Source: Myxococcales bacterium (lineage in GTDB: Bacteria > Myxococcota_A > Polyangia > Polyangiales > Polyangiaceae). From it: DNA of 64,000 nt. The stretch is taken from positions 1 to 64,000 of the forward strand of contig JAYTOU010000051.1 in NCBI GenBank assembly GCA_043747615.1, given 5' to 3'. The notes below the pieces were generated by a model. That model saw only the letters and a list, made by a program, of their open reading frames with translations. It was not told where the DNA came from and ran no database searches. Positions 31,330 through 42,193 of this stretch are shown in pieces; the first letter of the stretch is position 1, and every line of letters starts with the position of its first letter. Position numbers and translations under genes: made by a program.

Positions 31330-34300
31330 GTGTGGATCGTCCGCCTCGCGCTAAGGCGCCCTTACACCTTTATCGTCATTGCCCTCGTGATGATGGCGAC
31401 GGGCTTTCAGGTGGTGCGCAAGACGCCTACCGACATCTTTCCGTCCATTGACATCCCGGTCATCAGCGTCGTCTGGACGTACACGGGGCTCCCCGCGCAG
31501 CAGATGGAGCGGCAAATCACGCAGTTCAGCGAGTACGCGCTTTCCGGCAACGTCAACGACATCAAGTCGATGGAGAGTCAGAGCTTCGATGGCGTCTCCA
31601 TCATCAAGGTGTACCTCCAGCCGAGCGCAGACGTCGCGTCCTCGATGGCGGCGGTCACGGCCATATCTCAGACCATCCTCCGGCGCATGCCACCGGGTAC
31701 ACAGCCGCCCATCATCGTTCGCTACAGCGCATCGAGCGTGCCCATTTTGCAGCTCGCTTTTCGTAGCGAGACGCTGAGCGAGGCGGAGATCTACGATCAC
31801 GTGAATCAGCGCGTGCGGACGGCTCTCTCGGTTGTGCAAGGGACGCGCTTTCCCTTGCCCTCGGGCGGACGCGCGAGGCAGGTGAGCGTCGACTTGGACC
31901 TTGATGCACTCCGCGCGCAGGGCCTCTCGCCGAACGACGTGAACCTCGCCGTGACGGCGCAGAACCTCACGCTACCGACGGGCAGCGCGAAGTTCTTCGA
32001 TCGCGAGTACCGCGTGAGCTTGAATAGCAGCCCCGAGGCCATCTCGGCGCTCAACGAGATCCCCATCCGCAAGGCCGACGGCAGCATCGTCTACGTGCGT
32101 GACGTTGCACACGTGCACGACGGCTTCGCGGTGCAGACGAACGTCGCTCGCCTGGACGGCACGCGGGGCGTCGTACTCAGCGTGATGAAGACAGGCGACG
32201 CGTCTACGACGGAGGTAGCCCGCCGCGTCAAGGACATGATCCCGATGATCCGCGCGGCCGCGCCCAAGGGCCTCGAGGTGGAGCTGCTCGCCGACCAGTC
32301 CATCTTCGTCACGCGCGCAATCGACGGACTTCTTACGGAAGGCCTCATTGCAGCTGGGCTTACGGCGGCCATGATCCTTCTTTTCCTCGGAAGCTGGCGG
32401 AGCACGATCATAGTCGCCGTCTCCATTCCGTTGAGCGTCGTAGCCGCGCTCCTCGCCCTTCGCGCTCTTGGGCACACCATCAACGTGATGACGCTCGGTG
32501 GGCTCGCGCTGGCGGTCGGCATCCTCGTCGACGATGCCACCGTCGAGATCGAGAACATCCACCGCAACCTCGCGATGGGAAAGCCTCTTGTCCGCGCCAT
32601 TCTCGACGGCGCGCAGGAGATCGCCGTGCCTGCGTTCGTGGCGTCCCTCTCCATCTCGATCGTGTTCGTGAGCGTCGTCTTTCTCGACGGGCCTGCGCGA
32701 TACATGTTCTTGCCGATGGGCGAAGCGGTGGGGTTCTCCGTCATGGCGTCGTATCTTCTGTCGCGGACGGTCGTGCCGACGATGGTCCTTTATCTGCTCC
32801 GCTCGGAGAAGCACGGCGCGCCGAATCGTTTTCATGCCGCTTTCGAGCGTGGCTTCGAGGGTCTGCGCTCGAAGTACGTTGCGATCCTGGGGGTCGTGCT
32901 TCAGCGAAGGCGTGTCGTGTTCGTCGCCTTCGCAGGCGCCCTGCTCGTCGCGGCGGCGACCGTTCCGTTCGTGGGGCGCGACTTTTTTCCCGCTGTCGAC
33001 GGCGGGCAAATCCGTTTGCACGTGACGGCGCCGCCGGGGACGCGGATCGAGGAGACGGAGAAATATTTCACGCGCGTGGAGGACACCCTTCGCGAGCTCG
33101 TCCCGGGGCGCGAGAAGATCCTCGACGTCATCGGCTCGCCCGGTGGCTACACGATGGCGACGACGGATACGAGCAACCTAGGCTCCGGCGACGGCGAGAT
33201 CCTCCTCACGCTCAAGCCGAGCCGCGCTAAGAGCACGTTCGACATCGTGAAGGAGCTCCGCCGCGAGCTCCCGAAGCGTTTTCCCGAGCTCGGATTTTAT
33301 TTCCAGCCGGCCGACATCGTCACGCAGATCCTCAATTTCGGACTTCCTTCGCCCATCGACATCCAGATCTCCGGGATGCGCCAGGACGTGACGTACGCGA
33401 CTGCGCGAAAGGTGGAGGCCGAGCTCCGGGCCGTGCCGGGCGCGGTCGACGTGCGGCTCCATCAGATCTTGAATGCGCCGCGCCTCCACATCGAGGTCGA
33501 TCGGGCGCGGGCTGCGCAGGCAGGCCTCACGGAGCGTGACGTCGCGAGCAACCTACTCCTTCTCGTCTCGTCGAGCGGGCAGGTGAGCCCGTCGTACTGG
33601 ACGGAGCCGTCGACCGGGAACGGATATCCCGTGGCGGTGCAGGTCCCGGAGTGGCGCGTCGATTCGGTCGAGAAGATGACGACCCTCGGAATGACGACGT
33701 CTGCAGGCAATCAGCTTTTCGGTGACATGGCGACGATCGACCACCGGACGACGCCGATCTTCGTCAGCCACGTGAACATCCAACCCACCTTCGACGTCCG
33801 CGCCGACATCGAAGACGCCGACCTCGGCAGCGTCGCGTCGCGCCTCGAGAAGATCACGAGCAAGTATGCGAAAGAGCTTCCCCCGGGCGCGTCGATCACG
33901 GTTCGCGGACAGGTGGAGAGCATGAACGACGCTTTCAAGAACCTCGGTCTCGGGCTCCTCGTCGCGGCGCTCCTCGTCTACGCCATCATGGTCATCAACT
34001 TTCAGTCCTGGGTCGACCCGTTCATCATCATTACTGCGCTCCCCGGGGCTGGCGTCGGGCTCATCATGTCTCTCTTCGTGACGCAGACGACCTTCAGCAT
34101 TCCGTCCTTGATGGGCGCCATCATGAGCGTCGGCGTGGCCACCGCGAACTCGATCCTCGTGGTTTCCTTCGCCAACCAGCGGCGTGCGGCGGGGCTCTCG
34201 GCGATCGATGCCGCGCTCGAAGCGGGAAGGGTGCGCCTTCGCCCGGTCTTGATGACGGCGCTCGCGATGATCATCGGAATGCTCCCGATGTCGCTCGGCC

Positions 34301-34482
34301 TCAGCGAAGGCGGCGAGCAAAACGCGGCGCTCGGGCGTGCGGTCATCGGCGGCCTCTTCGGGTCGACCTTGGCGACGCTCTTCTTCGTCCCGGTGGTGTA
34401 CAGCGTTCTGCGCGCGCGAACCCACACGCGCGTCGTCTTGCCCGAGCTCGAAGGCCCGGAGGAGGCCACCCATGCCGTCTGA
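31330..34482 (+). CDS. RND efflux permease
   Basis: DIFPSIDIP, GILVDDATVEIENI, RLRPVLMT; 1050 aa. Confidence 0.96.
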   Translation: MWIVRLALRRPYTFIVIALVMMATGFQVVRKTPTDIFPSIDIPVISVVWTYTGLPAQQMERQITQFSEYALSGNVNDIKSMESQSFDGVSIIKVYLQPSADVASSMAAVTAISQTILRRMPPGTQPPIIVRYSASSVPILQLAFRSETLSEAEIYDHVNQRVRTALSVVQGTRFPLPSGGRARQVSVDLDLDALRAQGLSPNDVNLAVTAQNLTLPTGSAKFFDREYRVSLNSSPEAISALNEIPIRKADGSIVYVRDVAHVHDGFAVQTNVARLDGTRGVVLSVMKTGDASTTEVARRVKDMIPMIRAAAPKGLEVELLADQSIFVTRAIDGLLTEGLIAAGLTAAMILLFLGSWRSTIIVAVSIPLSVVAALLALRALGHTINVMTLGGLALAVGILVDDATVEIENIHRNLAMGKPLVRAILDGAQEIAVPAFVASLSISIVFVSVVFLDGPARYMFLPMGEAVGFSVMASYLLSRTVVPTMVLYLLRSEKHGAPNRFHAAFERGFEGLRSKYVAILGVVLQRRRVVFVAFAGALLVAAATVPFVGRDFFPAVDGGQIRLHVTAPPGTRIEETEKYFTRVEDTLRELVPGREKILDVIGSPGGYTMATTDTSNLGSGDGEILLTLKPSRAKSTFDIVKELRRELPKRFPELGFYFQPADIVTQILNFGLPSPIDIQISGMRQDVTYATARKVEAELRAVPGAVDVRLHQILNAPRLHIEVDRARAAQAGLTERDVASNLLLLVSSSGQVSPSYWTEPSTGNGYPVAVQVPEWRVDSVEKMTTLGMTTSAGNQLFGDMATIDHRTTPIFVSHVNIQPTFDVRADIEDADLGSVASRLEKITSKYAKELPPGASITVRGQVESMNDAFKNLGLGLLVAALLVYAIMVINFQSWVDPFIIITALPGAGVGLIMSLFVTQTTFSIPSLMGAIMSVGVATANSILVVSFANQRRAAGLSAIDAALEAGRVRLRPVLMTALAMIIGMLPMSLGLSEGGEQNAALGRAVIGGLFGSTLATLFFVPVVYSVLRARTHTRVVLPELEGPEEATHAV

Positions 34483-35623
34483 TCGTCCGCGCCTTGGTCG
34501 CTACGTCCTTGCCGTCTTTTTCGTGCTCGCGCTCCTCATCGGCGTTGGCGCGCTGCCCAAGCTGCATCGAAGGGTCGCGCTTGCCCAGGCGCAGAGCGAG
34601 GCAACGGGCCCGCGACGCGTCATGGTCGGCAAGGTGACGCTAGGCCCCACAAAGGTAGAGATGACGCTCCCCGGCAGCGTGGCGCCGTTCAACGCGACGT
34701 CGCTCTACGCGAAGACGACGGGCTTCGTACGTGCTTACGCGGTCGACATCGGCGATCACGTCAAGGCTGGCGACGTCCTCGCCGTCATCGATGCACCGGA
34801 GACGCAACAGGAGCTCCAGCTCGCGCAAGCGCGGAAGCACGAAGCCGAAGTGAACCTCGACATCAACAAGGTGATGAACGATCGCAGTGACAGGCTCGAG
34901 AAGAGCGGCATCGTCTCCACGCAAGAAGCGGAGCAGCAGCACGCACGCATGAACTCCGCCGTCGCCGCGCTCGGATCGTCGGGCGCAGAGGTGCGGCGGC
35001 TCGGTGCCCTCATCGGCTATCAGAAGGTGATCGCTCCTTTCGACGGGGTCATCGTGCGGCGCGGCATCGACACCGGCTCGCTCGTGTCTCCAAGCGTGGG
35101 CGCGACGGGTACCGTGCTCTTCGAGATCGCGAAGCTCGACTTGTTGAGGGTGAACGTCGACGTGCCGCAATCCATCGCGCCGTTTGTTCGTGTAGGTAGC
35201 GACGTGAGCATCTTTTCGCCGAGCGCACCAAAGGCCGTCGTGACCGGCAAAATCGGACGGACGGCGGGCGCGCTCGATCCGCTCACGCGAACGCTGCGTG
35301 CCGTGGTCTACGTGCCCGGCGGCGGGCCACTCCTTTCGGGAGCGTTCGTCGACGTGAAGATCGTCGTCGAGCGGCCGCTTCCGCCTACCGTCATTCCTGC
35401 GAGCGCGCTCGTCTACCGAAAGGAGGGGACGCGGGTGGCGACTCTCGACGCGCACAACGCCGTCAAATTCGCGAAGATCACCATCGGGCGCGATTTCGGA
35501 AAAGAGCTCGAGGTCGTAGAGGGGGTGAGCGCGGGCGAGACGGTCGTCTTGAATCCGCCCGACGATCTCGCGGATCTTACCGTCGTGGTTCCCGTCGAGG
35601 GGAAGAGCGATGCGCCGCGTTGA
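34472..35623 (+). CDS. RND periplasmic adaptor subunit
   Basis: N-terminal TM, DIGDHVKAGDVLAVID, APFDGVI, LDPLTRT. Confidence 0.95.
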   Translation: MPSDRPRLGRYVLAVFFVLALLIGVGALPKLHRRVALAQAQSEATGPRRVMVGKVTLGPTKVEMTLPGSVAPFNATSLYAKTTGFVRAYAVDIGDHVKAGDVLAVIDAPETQQELQLAQARKHEAEVNLDINKVMNDRSDRLEKSGIVSTQEAEQQHARMNSAVAALGSSGAEVRRLGALIGYQKVIAPFDGVIVRRGIDTGSLVSPSVGATGTVLFEIAKLDLLRVNVDVPQSIAPFVRVGSDVSIFSPSAPKAVVTGKIGRTAGALDPLTRTLRAVVYVPGGGPLLSGAFVDVKIVVERPLPPTVIPASALVYRKEGTRVATLDAHNAVKFAKITIGRDFGKELEVVEGVSAGETVVLNPPDDLADLTVVVPVEGKSDAPR

Positions 35624-36254
35624 GTCGCCCGGCTCGCCGCGCCCAGTGGATTCCAAGACGACGCGCCGCGCGCCTGGCCGCCCACGAAGCGAAGAGTGCC
35701 GCACGGCCATCCTCGATGCCGCAGCCGATCTCCTCGACGAAGTCCCTTACGCGAAGGTGACGATCGAGAGCATCGCCGCTCGCGCCGGCTGCTCGAAACA
35801 GACCATCTACAAGTGGTGGAAGAGCCGCGCGCTCCTGGTCATGCAGGCCTACGCCGCGCGTCAGCGGCGAAAGAATCCGGAGCCTGACACGGGCGCTGCG
35901 CGTCGCGATCTGCTCACCGTCATCCGTCAGACGTGCAGGCTCCTCCGAGGCGGAGGCTACGGCGAGACGGTGTCGGGGATCATCGCGGAGGCGCAGTCCG
36001 ACGCCGAGCTCGCAGCCGAGTTCCGCGAGACGTTCATTGGCGAGCGTCGCGCCATCGTCACGCGTATTTTAGAGCGCGGCATCGCGCGAGGAGAGTTGCG
36101 CCACACGCTTGATATCCCGCTCGTCATCGATCTCCTATACGGCCCGATCTGGTACCGCCTCCTCCTTCAACACGCGCCGCTCGACGACGCCTTCGCCGAG
36201 AAGATCGTCGAACACGTGCTCGAGCCACTCCGCACCGCGGCGGCGCTGTCGTGA
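35610..36254 (+). CDS. TetR/AcrR-family regulator
   Basis: GRPRS..ILDAA, IESIAARAGCSKQTIYKWW, GPIWYRLL. Confidence 0.93.
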   Translation: MRRVESPGSPRPVDSKTTRRAPGRPRSEECRTAILDAAADLLDEVPYAKVTIESIAARAGCSKQTIYKWWKSRALLVMQAYAARQRRKNPEPDTGAARRDLLTVIRQTCRLLRGGGYGETVSGIIAEAQSDAELAAEFRETFIGERRAIVTRILERGIARGELRHTLDIPLVIDLLYGPIWYRLLLQHAPLDDAFAEKIVEHVLEPLRTAAALS

Positions 36255-36381
36255 ACCGCCGACGGCGCCCTTCGGACCGAACCCGCACAACCACGTTCTC
36301 TGACCCTCGTCGCAGTGCACGCCGGGCGTGACCGTCACGCCGTAGTCATCCAGCCGTAGTGATAGAGTAGGCAAGACCGCG

Positions 36382-37696
36382 ATGCCGCTCCTGTCTGACG
36401 ATAACGCGGAGACCGTCGTCGAGAGTCGCAAGAGTGGCGACTCCGGTCCGCATCCGTCGAGCGCTTCTCGCACTGGTCCGCTGCCTTCGATCGGTTCGGC
36501 GCCCGCCAGTGGCGCGCTTCCCACCGCCGGCCCTTCGCTGGCGTCGATCGTCATGCAGAGCGAAGAGGCGATGCGGGCGCGGACCTTCTTTCGCCTGACC
36601 GCGGGGGTGGTGGCGCTCGTCGTTGGATTTCTCACCATCCTCGAAGGTCCGGCGTTCCTTCGCGCAGTCTCCTTCGCCTGCTGCGCCCTCGCTATCGGTG
36701 TCAGCGCTTACACCCTTCGCGCTCTCCGCGACGAGCGCGGCTACACGTCGCGTTTGGCCACCGTCGTGGGGCTCATCTACGGCCTGTGCGCAGAGGTCCT
36801 CGTCCTCTATTTCGGCATCTTTACGGCGGCGACGATGGTTCTTCCGCTCGGCGTCTACTTTTTCGGTCTCAGCGAGAGCGCGGTCGCGGCGAAGGCCACG
36901 TACGCGTTTGGTTCGATTCTATTTCTCGTCTTTGCGTTCGGTGTGGCCTTCGGCCTGCTCCCCGATCTGGGGCCGCTGCCGGTGCATACCCTTTCGACAG
37001 GATGGCGATGGTTCTTCGTCGTCATGATCGAAGCGGTCTTTGCGACGACGTTCTTCCTCGCGCGATCGAGCCGGCGCGCCACCGAGATCGCCATCGACAA
37101 GATGAACCGCGCGAACCGCCAAGTGCACCAGCGGGACGCCCTTCTCGCCGAGGCACGCGGCGAGCTCGATCGCGCGCTCCGATCGGGCGAGGGGCGTCAC
37201 TCCGGGAGCGAGATCGGCAGCTTCGTGCTCGGCAACGTGCTTGGTCGAGGGGGAATGGGCGAGGTCTACCGCGCCGAGAACGTGCACACCGGAGAGGTGG
37301 CGGCGGTGAAGCTGCTTCACCCGAACGTGCTCGGCGATCGGGATCACGTCAAGCGCTTCGAGCGCGAGGCGAAGCTCGCAAAGCAGGACCAGCGTTGCGT
37401 AGCGGGCGGTCACCGGGAAACCGGTCTTCGTCGGTGAGGACGTCGCCGCCGTCCTCTACAACGTGGTTCACACGCCGCCCATGCAGCCGAGCGGCGCGGT
37501 CCGGTTACCCGAGGACGTCGAGCTCGTGCTGGCCATCGGCCTCGCAAAGGATCCGGACGATCGCTTCGCCAAAGCCGAGGAGCTCGCGGAGGCCTTTCGC
37601 GCGGCCGTTCGGAGCGAGCTCAGCGAGGCGACCCGCGAGCGAGGCCGGCGCGCCGTAGCAAAATACCCCTGGTCGAAACCGAAGCCAGTTACCTAG
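36382..37696 (+). pseudogene. Multi-TM Ser/Thr kinase with the catalytic core deleted
   Basis: About six TM helices, then GRGGMGEVY..AAVK..RFEREA. It jumps out of frame to VA*RAVTGKPVF..LAKDPDDRF (TAG at 37400). HRD, DFG and APE are missing. Confidence 0.85.
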
Positions 37697-38891
37697 ACGA
37701 CGCCGCGCGAACGCGCGCTTTTGCGCTGAGCCATCCGGAGCCCGCGCGCAGGACGAGGCGAGCGAGATCGACCTTGTCTGCGGGGAGAGCAGCGAAGTGC
37801 CGGCACCCGGAGCGAAGCGCCGCCGGTTCGCGCACGAGGACTCCTTCCACTTCGGAACGAATCGCTCCGTAGAAAGAGTCGATGAATTTCGTGCGCACCT
37901 GAAGATCGATCCCCAGCCGCGACTTGCGGAGCGTCGAGGTCCACTCCGAAAGCACGCGCCTCCCGGCGGCAACCTCCGCCACGAACGCACCGGCGAGCGC
38001 TCCGTACTCGAGGGCCTGGGCGATGCCCTCGCCGCTGATGGGATCGATCCCTGCCGCCTCACCGACAAGCATGAGCGCGCCGTCGACGAGAGACAGCGCG
38101 GGCTCGAATCCCCGCTCGGCAAAGCGCTTGTTCTTGTAGTCGTCGATCTTGAGGCCCATCGTCGCGAGTCGCTCGGCCAAGCGCGCGTAAAGATCCATCG
38201 GCGCCTCGTCGACCTTCAAGTGATAGATGCCCCGGCACACGAGCTCGCGGCCGTCGACGATGGTCGGGAAATCCCAGTAGTACCCGGAGAGCTCGCGATC
38301 GGACGCGTCGAAATGGAGAATGCGCCGGTCGCGATCGCCGGGCACCGGCTCGGTGTCGAGCTCGAGGACCTGCGCGCGGTGCTTGCCGGCACCGTGTCCC
38401 ATTGCCTTGCGCACGACGCCGCCAACGCCGTCGGCACCGACCACGACGGGTGCCGAGAACGTGCCCTTCGAGGAGACGACCGTCACGCCTCCGGTCGTCT
38501 TCTCGACGCGCTCGACGCGCGCGCCGTCGATGACCCGGATCCCCCGAGCGATGGTGATCTTCGCCAAGGCATCATCGAACTCGATACGGCGAACGACGCG
38601 GCCGATCGCTCCGATCTCGGCGCGCACCTCACCTTCCACAGCGCGAAACGAGATACCGTCGATGCGGACCGAGGGAACATCCGGCCGAGCGTCGAGGTCG
38701 CTGAGGATCTTGTCGCCGCGCCCACCGAGCGCGCCCGCGCAGTATTTTTCACGCGGGTAGATCCCCTTTTCGAGGACCACGATCTTGCTCGTGAGCGCTG
38801 GCTCGGCGCGCGCGATGGCGAGCGCAGTCGTCAAGCCCGCAGGACCGCCGCCGACGATGACGATCTCTACGCCCTGAATTTGTCCAAGCAT
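37689..38891 (-). CDS. FAD-dependent oxidoreductase (geranylgeranyl reductase-like)
   Basis: GGGPAG, YPREKYCAG, GADG, LVGEAAG.DPISGEGI. Confidence 0.88.
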   Translation of the reverse strand: MLGQIQGVEIVIVGGGPAGLTTALAIARAEPALTSKIVVLEKGIYPREKYCAGALGGRGDKILSDLDARPDVPSVRIDGISFRAVEGEVRAEIGAIGRVVRRIEFDDALAKITIARGIRVIDGARVERVEKTTGGVTVVSSKGTFSAPVVVGADGVGGVVRKAMGHGAGKHRAQVLELDTEPVPGDRDRRILHFDASDRELSGYYWDFPTIVDGRELVCRGIYHLKVDEAPMDLYARLAERLATMGLKIDDYKNKRFAERGFEPALSLVDGALMLVGEAAGIDPISGEGIAQALEYGALAGAFVAEVAAGRRVLSEWTSTLRKSRLGIDLQVRTKFIDSFYGAIRSEVEGVLVREPAALRSGCRHFAALPADKVDLARLVLRAGSGWLSAKARVRAASSR

Positions 38892-39265
38892 CCGGAGGCC
38901 ATCCTACGATCTTTCGCGGACGAGTACGGTCTGGCGTGTAAGCGCGTTCTCGTTCGCCCCTACAAAAATCTCTCGCTCGGGCTCGTGCTCACCGCGCCAC
39001 GCTGCATCTTCTCGGCAGCGCGAAGGAGAGCGGCACCTTCAGCCGCGCCGACGGCATGGCGTCGACGGCCGTGCCCAAGCAACGCCAGGAATCGAATGAT
39101 CACGCTGAGCGCTTTCACCGGCTTGAGGACCAGCACGCAGAGCGCGTCGTACAGGCCAGCGCACACGAGGAGCATCGTCCCGAGCGCGAAGCGGGTCGCC
39201 GGTGAGCGTCGATGCTAACCCGACCGCTCGTGGACACTCATCAGATCGTCATTTAGCGTGGCCCG

Positions 39266-42142
39266 ATGTCCGCCTTCAGCCCCAGGATTCGCGATTTTTT
39301 GGCCGCTCCCGACGCTGCGCGCCGCCTCGGTCCTTATCGCTGTAAAGAGCTTCTCGACAAGGCCGGCTCCGCCCCCGTCTACAGAGCCGTCGAAGAGCAC
39401 GGAGGGCTCAGCCTGCGAGAGGTCGCAGTGAAACTCTTCGACATCGGACCGGCAGAGGGCGGCGCCGTCGATGGCGGTTGGCAAGCGCGCGTCGTCGAGG
39501 AGGCCCGTGCTCTTTGCCGCGTTCAGCACCCGAACGTGATTCGCTTCCACACGCTCGCGACCGATCCGAAACGCGGTCTCATGGGTCTCGTCATGGAGTT
39601 CGGTGAGGGCATCAGCCTCGACCGAGAGCTCGCAGAGCTTGCAACTGGCGACGCAAGCCGCGTGTCGCTCGCCGTTGAAATTGGAATCGACATCGCGTCG
39701 GCTCTCGCCGCGGCACACGAGGCCGGCGTCGTCCACTGCAACGTCAAACCCTCGAACATCATGTTCACGAAGGGCACCCACAAGCTCCTCAACTTCGGCC
39801 TCGCGTCCTCCCTCGACAACCCCGAAGCCAAGAGGCCGAGCACGGGGACACTCGGCTACGTCGATCCGGTCTGTGCGAAGACCAACGCGGCGCCCACCGC
39901 TTCGAGCGATCTCTACTCGCTCGGCGCGACTCTTTACGAGTGCCTCGGCGGAGCCCTGCCTGTGGCCGTCGGCGATGCGCCCCCTCTTCCCCTCGCTGAT
40001 CGCGCGGCCTCGGCGCCGAGCGATCTCGCAAAGCTGGTCGACTCGCTCGTCTCCCCGGTCCGCGCCGATAGGCCGCGATCGGCCGACGTCGTCGTGAGCG
40101 CTCTCGAGCGCATTCGGAGCGCGCTCGCCGGTCGTGAGCGCGGACTTCCCCCCGTCGAGCGGGGTCCCTTTCCCGGGCTCGAGAGATACGAGCTGTCGGA
40201 TCGCGACGTGTTCTTCGGCCGCACCGCGGAGGTCGCCGGTGCGATCGAGCTCGCCCGCACGCGTGGCCTCGTCGGCATCGTTGGCCTATCGGGGAGCGGA
40301 AAGAGCAGCATCATTCGCGCGGGGATCCTCCCCGCCATCGAGGAGGGAGCGCTCGGCGCGTGGCCGAAGCGGTACCGCAGCGTGCTCGTCACTCCAGGTG
40401 GCGATCTCATGGCGGCCCTCGAGAAGGCGCTCGACAAACTGCTCGGAGCGCCGCTCTCTGCGCATCCGGAGGCAATCGCACAGCAGCTTGCGGCGGACGT
40501 CGACGCGAAGGGCGAGGGGATCGTGATCCTCGTCGACCAGCTCGAAGAAATCGTCACGAAGTTCGATGCGAAGCGTGAGGAAGGTAGGGCGAAGGGGCTC
40601 GATCTCTTATCGCGGCTCGCCGAATCGCACGTCGGTCTGCGTGTAATCGTTGCGGTGCGGAGCGATCTTCTCGACGCTACCCTCGCCATCGACCCGCGCT
40701 TTTCGCGCGCCCTCGGCCGCGGGATCCAGCTCCTCGGCCCGCTCTCGAGCGGTGCCTGGGAAGACGTGATCGACAGGTCGCTCGATGCCTACGGCTACAC
40801 GCTCGAAGACGCTGAGCTCCGCAGGGAGGTCCTCGCCGATCTCAACGGGCGTGAGTCGGCGATGACGCTCGTGCAATTCGGTCTCGCCCGGCTCTGGGGC
40901 GCACGCGACGAGAAGAACAAGATCATTCCGCGCGCAGCCCTCAGCGGCAAGGGCGGCATGAAGAGCGCGCTCGAGGACCACGCCGACGCGGCAATCGCTG
41001 CCAAGAAAATTCCCAAGGACACGTTGCGTAACGTGCTTCTCGCGATGACGACGCCCGAGGGCACACGCGACCACGTAGAGCTCGACGTCCTCGTGGCACG
41101 CTACGGTGAGTCCGCCAAAGACGCGATCTTTGCGCTGACGAAGGCGCGCCTCGTCGTCGCCGAGAAGGACGGATTCACCTTCGTCCACGACTCGGTCCTC
41201 CGCGAATGGAGCCTCCTCCGCGACTGGATTACCGATGCGCGAGATGATCGTCTGCTGGTCGTCCTGGCCGAACGTGACGCTGGACGCTGGGTCGTGTCGA
41301 AGGACCCCGCGGAGCTATGGCGGAAGGGTCGGCTCGCCGCCGCCGTCGAGCTGTGGAAGAGAGACTCCGCTCAGCTGAGCGATCGTGCCCGGCAGTTCGT
41401 GACGGCGTCCGCGAAAGAAGAGCAGAAAGCCGAGCGCGCGCGATTTGTGGTCTTCAGCTTGGTTGGCGCACTCATCGTGGGGAGCGCGCTTTTGTACGCG
41501 AGCATCAGCCGCGCGAGCGCCGAGGAGGCCCGCACGCACGCAACTGCCCTTGCCGCGGCCCTTGCCGACGTGAAGTCCCTCCAGCAACAGGCGGAAGAGA
41601 ACGCCGGCGAGGCAGCTGCCATTGCGGCGATGCTCCACGATCTGCGCGAGAAGATGGCGGCGGAACGCGCGGTGTACGGTGCGAACGTCGACACCGCGAT
41701 GAAAAAAGTCGCGAGCGCGAAGAGCCTCGACAGCGCGCAACAGGCGGGCGCCGCCCTGAAAGTTCAGAGTGCGCCGATGCCGAATCAGGTCGTCCCTCTC
41801 TTGAACCTCGGGAGCCTCGCCGGTCCGAGCATCCCGAGGAGCAATGAGCCTGGTCCTTCCGTCGGAGGGAGCTTCGATCAGGCAGCGATCGAACGCGTCG
41901 TCAACTCTCGGAAGGCTGGAGTCAAACGCACTTGCCTCGAACGGAGCTCCAGCACTGCTTCGAGCACAAAGGTCAACGCGACCATCACCATCGCGCCGAA
42001 CGGCTCGGTCCAAAACGTGAGCACGGCGGGCGACGATCCCGTCGTGGGCAAATGCATCGAGCAGCAGCTTCGCGCGTGGTCGTTCCCAGCGCCTGGCGAG
42101 GTGAGCACGGTGCAGATCCCGTTCGTGTTCGTTCGCCAGTAA
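39266..42142 (+). CDS. Pseudokinase-STAND NTPase-TM-AgmX/PglI-like C-terminal fusion protein
   Basis: Kinase fold (VAVK, HPNVI, HCNVKPSN, NFG); PFPGL..FFGR, GLSGSGKSS, ILVDQLEE, VHDS; TM; C-terminal IERVV..CLE..IAPNGSV..CIEQQLRAWSFP..IPFVF. Confidence 0.88.
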   Translation: MSAFSPRIRDFLAAPDAARRLGPYRCKELLDKAGSAPVYRAVEEHGGLSLREVAVKLFDIGPAEGGAVDGGWQARVVEEARALCRVQHPNVIRFHTLATDPKRGLMGLVMEFGEGISLDRELAELATGDASRVSLAVEIGIDIASALAAAHEAGVVHCNVKPSNIMFTKGTHKLLNFGLASSLDNPEAKRPSTGTLGYVDPVCAKTNAAPTASSDLYSLGATLYECLGGALPVAVGDAPPLPLADRAASAPSDLAKLVDSLVSPVRADRPRSADVVVSALERIRSALAGRERGLPPVERGPFPGLERYELSDRDVFFGRTAEVAGAIELARTRGLVGIVGLSGSGKSSIIRAGILPAIEEGALGAWPKRYRSVLVTPGGDLMAALEKALDKLLGAPLSAHPEAIAQQLAADVDAKGEGIVILVDQLEEIVTKFDAKREEGRAKGLDLLSRLAESHVGLRVIVAVRSDLLDATLAIDPRFSRALGRGIQLLGPLSSGAWEDVIDRSLDAYGYTLEDAELRREVLADLNGRESAMTLVQFGLARLWGARDEKNKIIPRAALSGKGGMKSALEDHADAAIAAKKIPKDTLRNVLLAMTTPEGTRDHVELDVLVARYGESAKDAIFALTKARLVVAEKDGFTFVHDSVLREWSLLRDWITDARDDRLLVVLAERDAGRWVVSKDPAELWRKGRLAAAVELWKRDSAQLSDRARQFVTASAKEEQKAERARFVVFSLVGALIVGSALLYASISRASAEEARTHATALAAALADVKSLQQQAEENAGEAAAIAAMLHDLREKMAAERAVYGANVDTAMKKVASAKSLDSAQQAGAALKVQSAPMPNQVVPLLNLGSLAGPSIPRSNEPGPSVGGSFDQAAIERVVNSRKAGVKRTCLERSSSTASSTKVNATITIAPNGSVQNVSTAGDDPVVGKCIEQQLRAWSFPAPGEVSTVQIPFVFVRQ

Positions 42143-42193
42143 GCCGGGACAACCACTCAGCGCCGCGCGGCGAGCTCACGGCTCGTCGGATGT

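Noticed and set aside
31330..36254. RND operon without an outer-membrane factor
   Set aside because: A common arrangement; a TolC-like partner is usually encoded elsewhere.
38930..39230. Small hydrophobic ORF 38960..39175 (-)
   Set aside because: No recognisable family or RBS; probably a remnant but not supportable.
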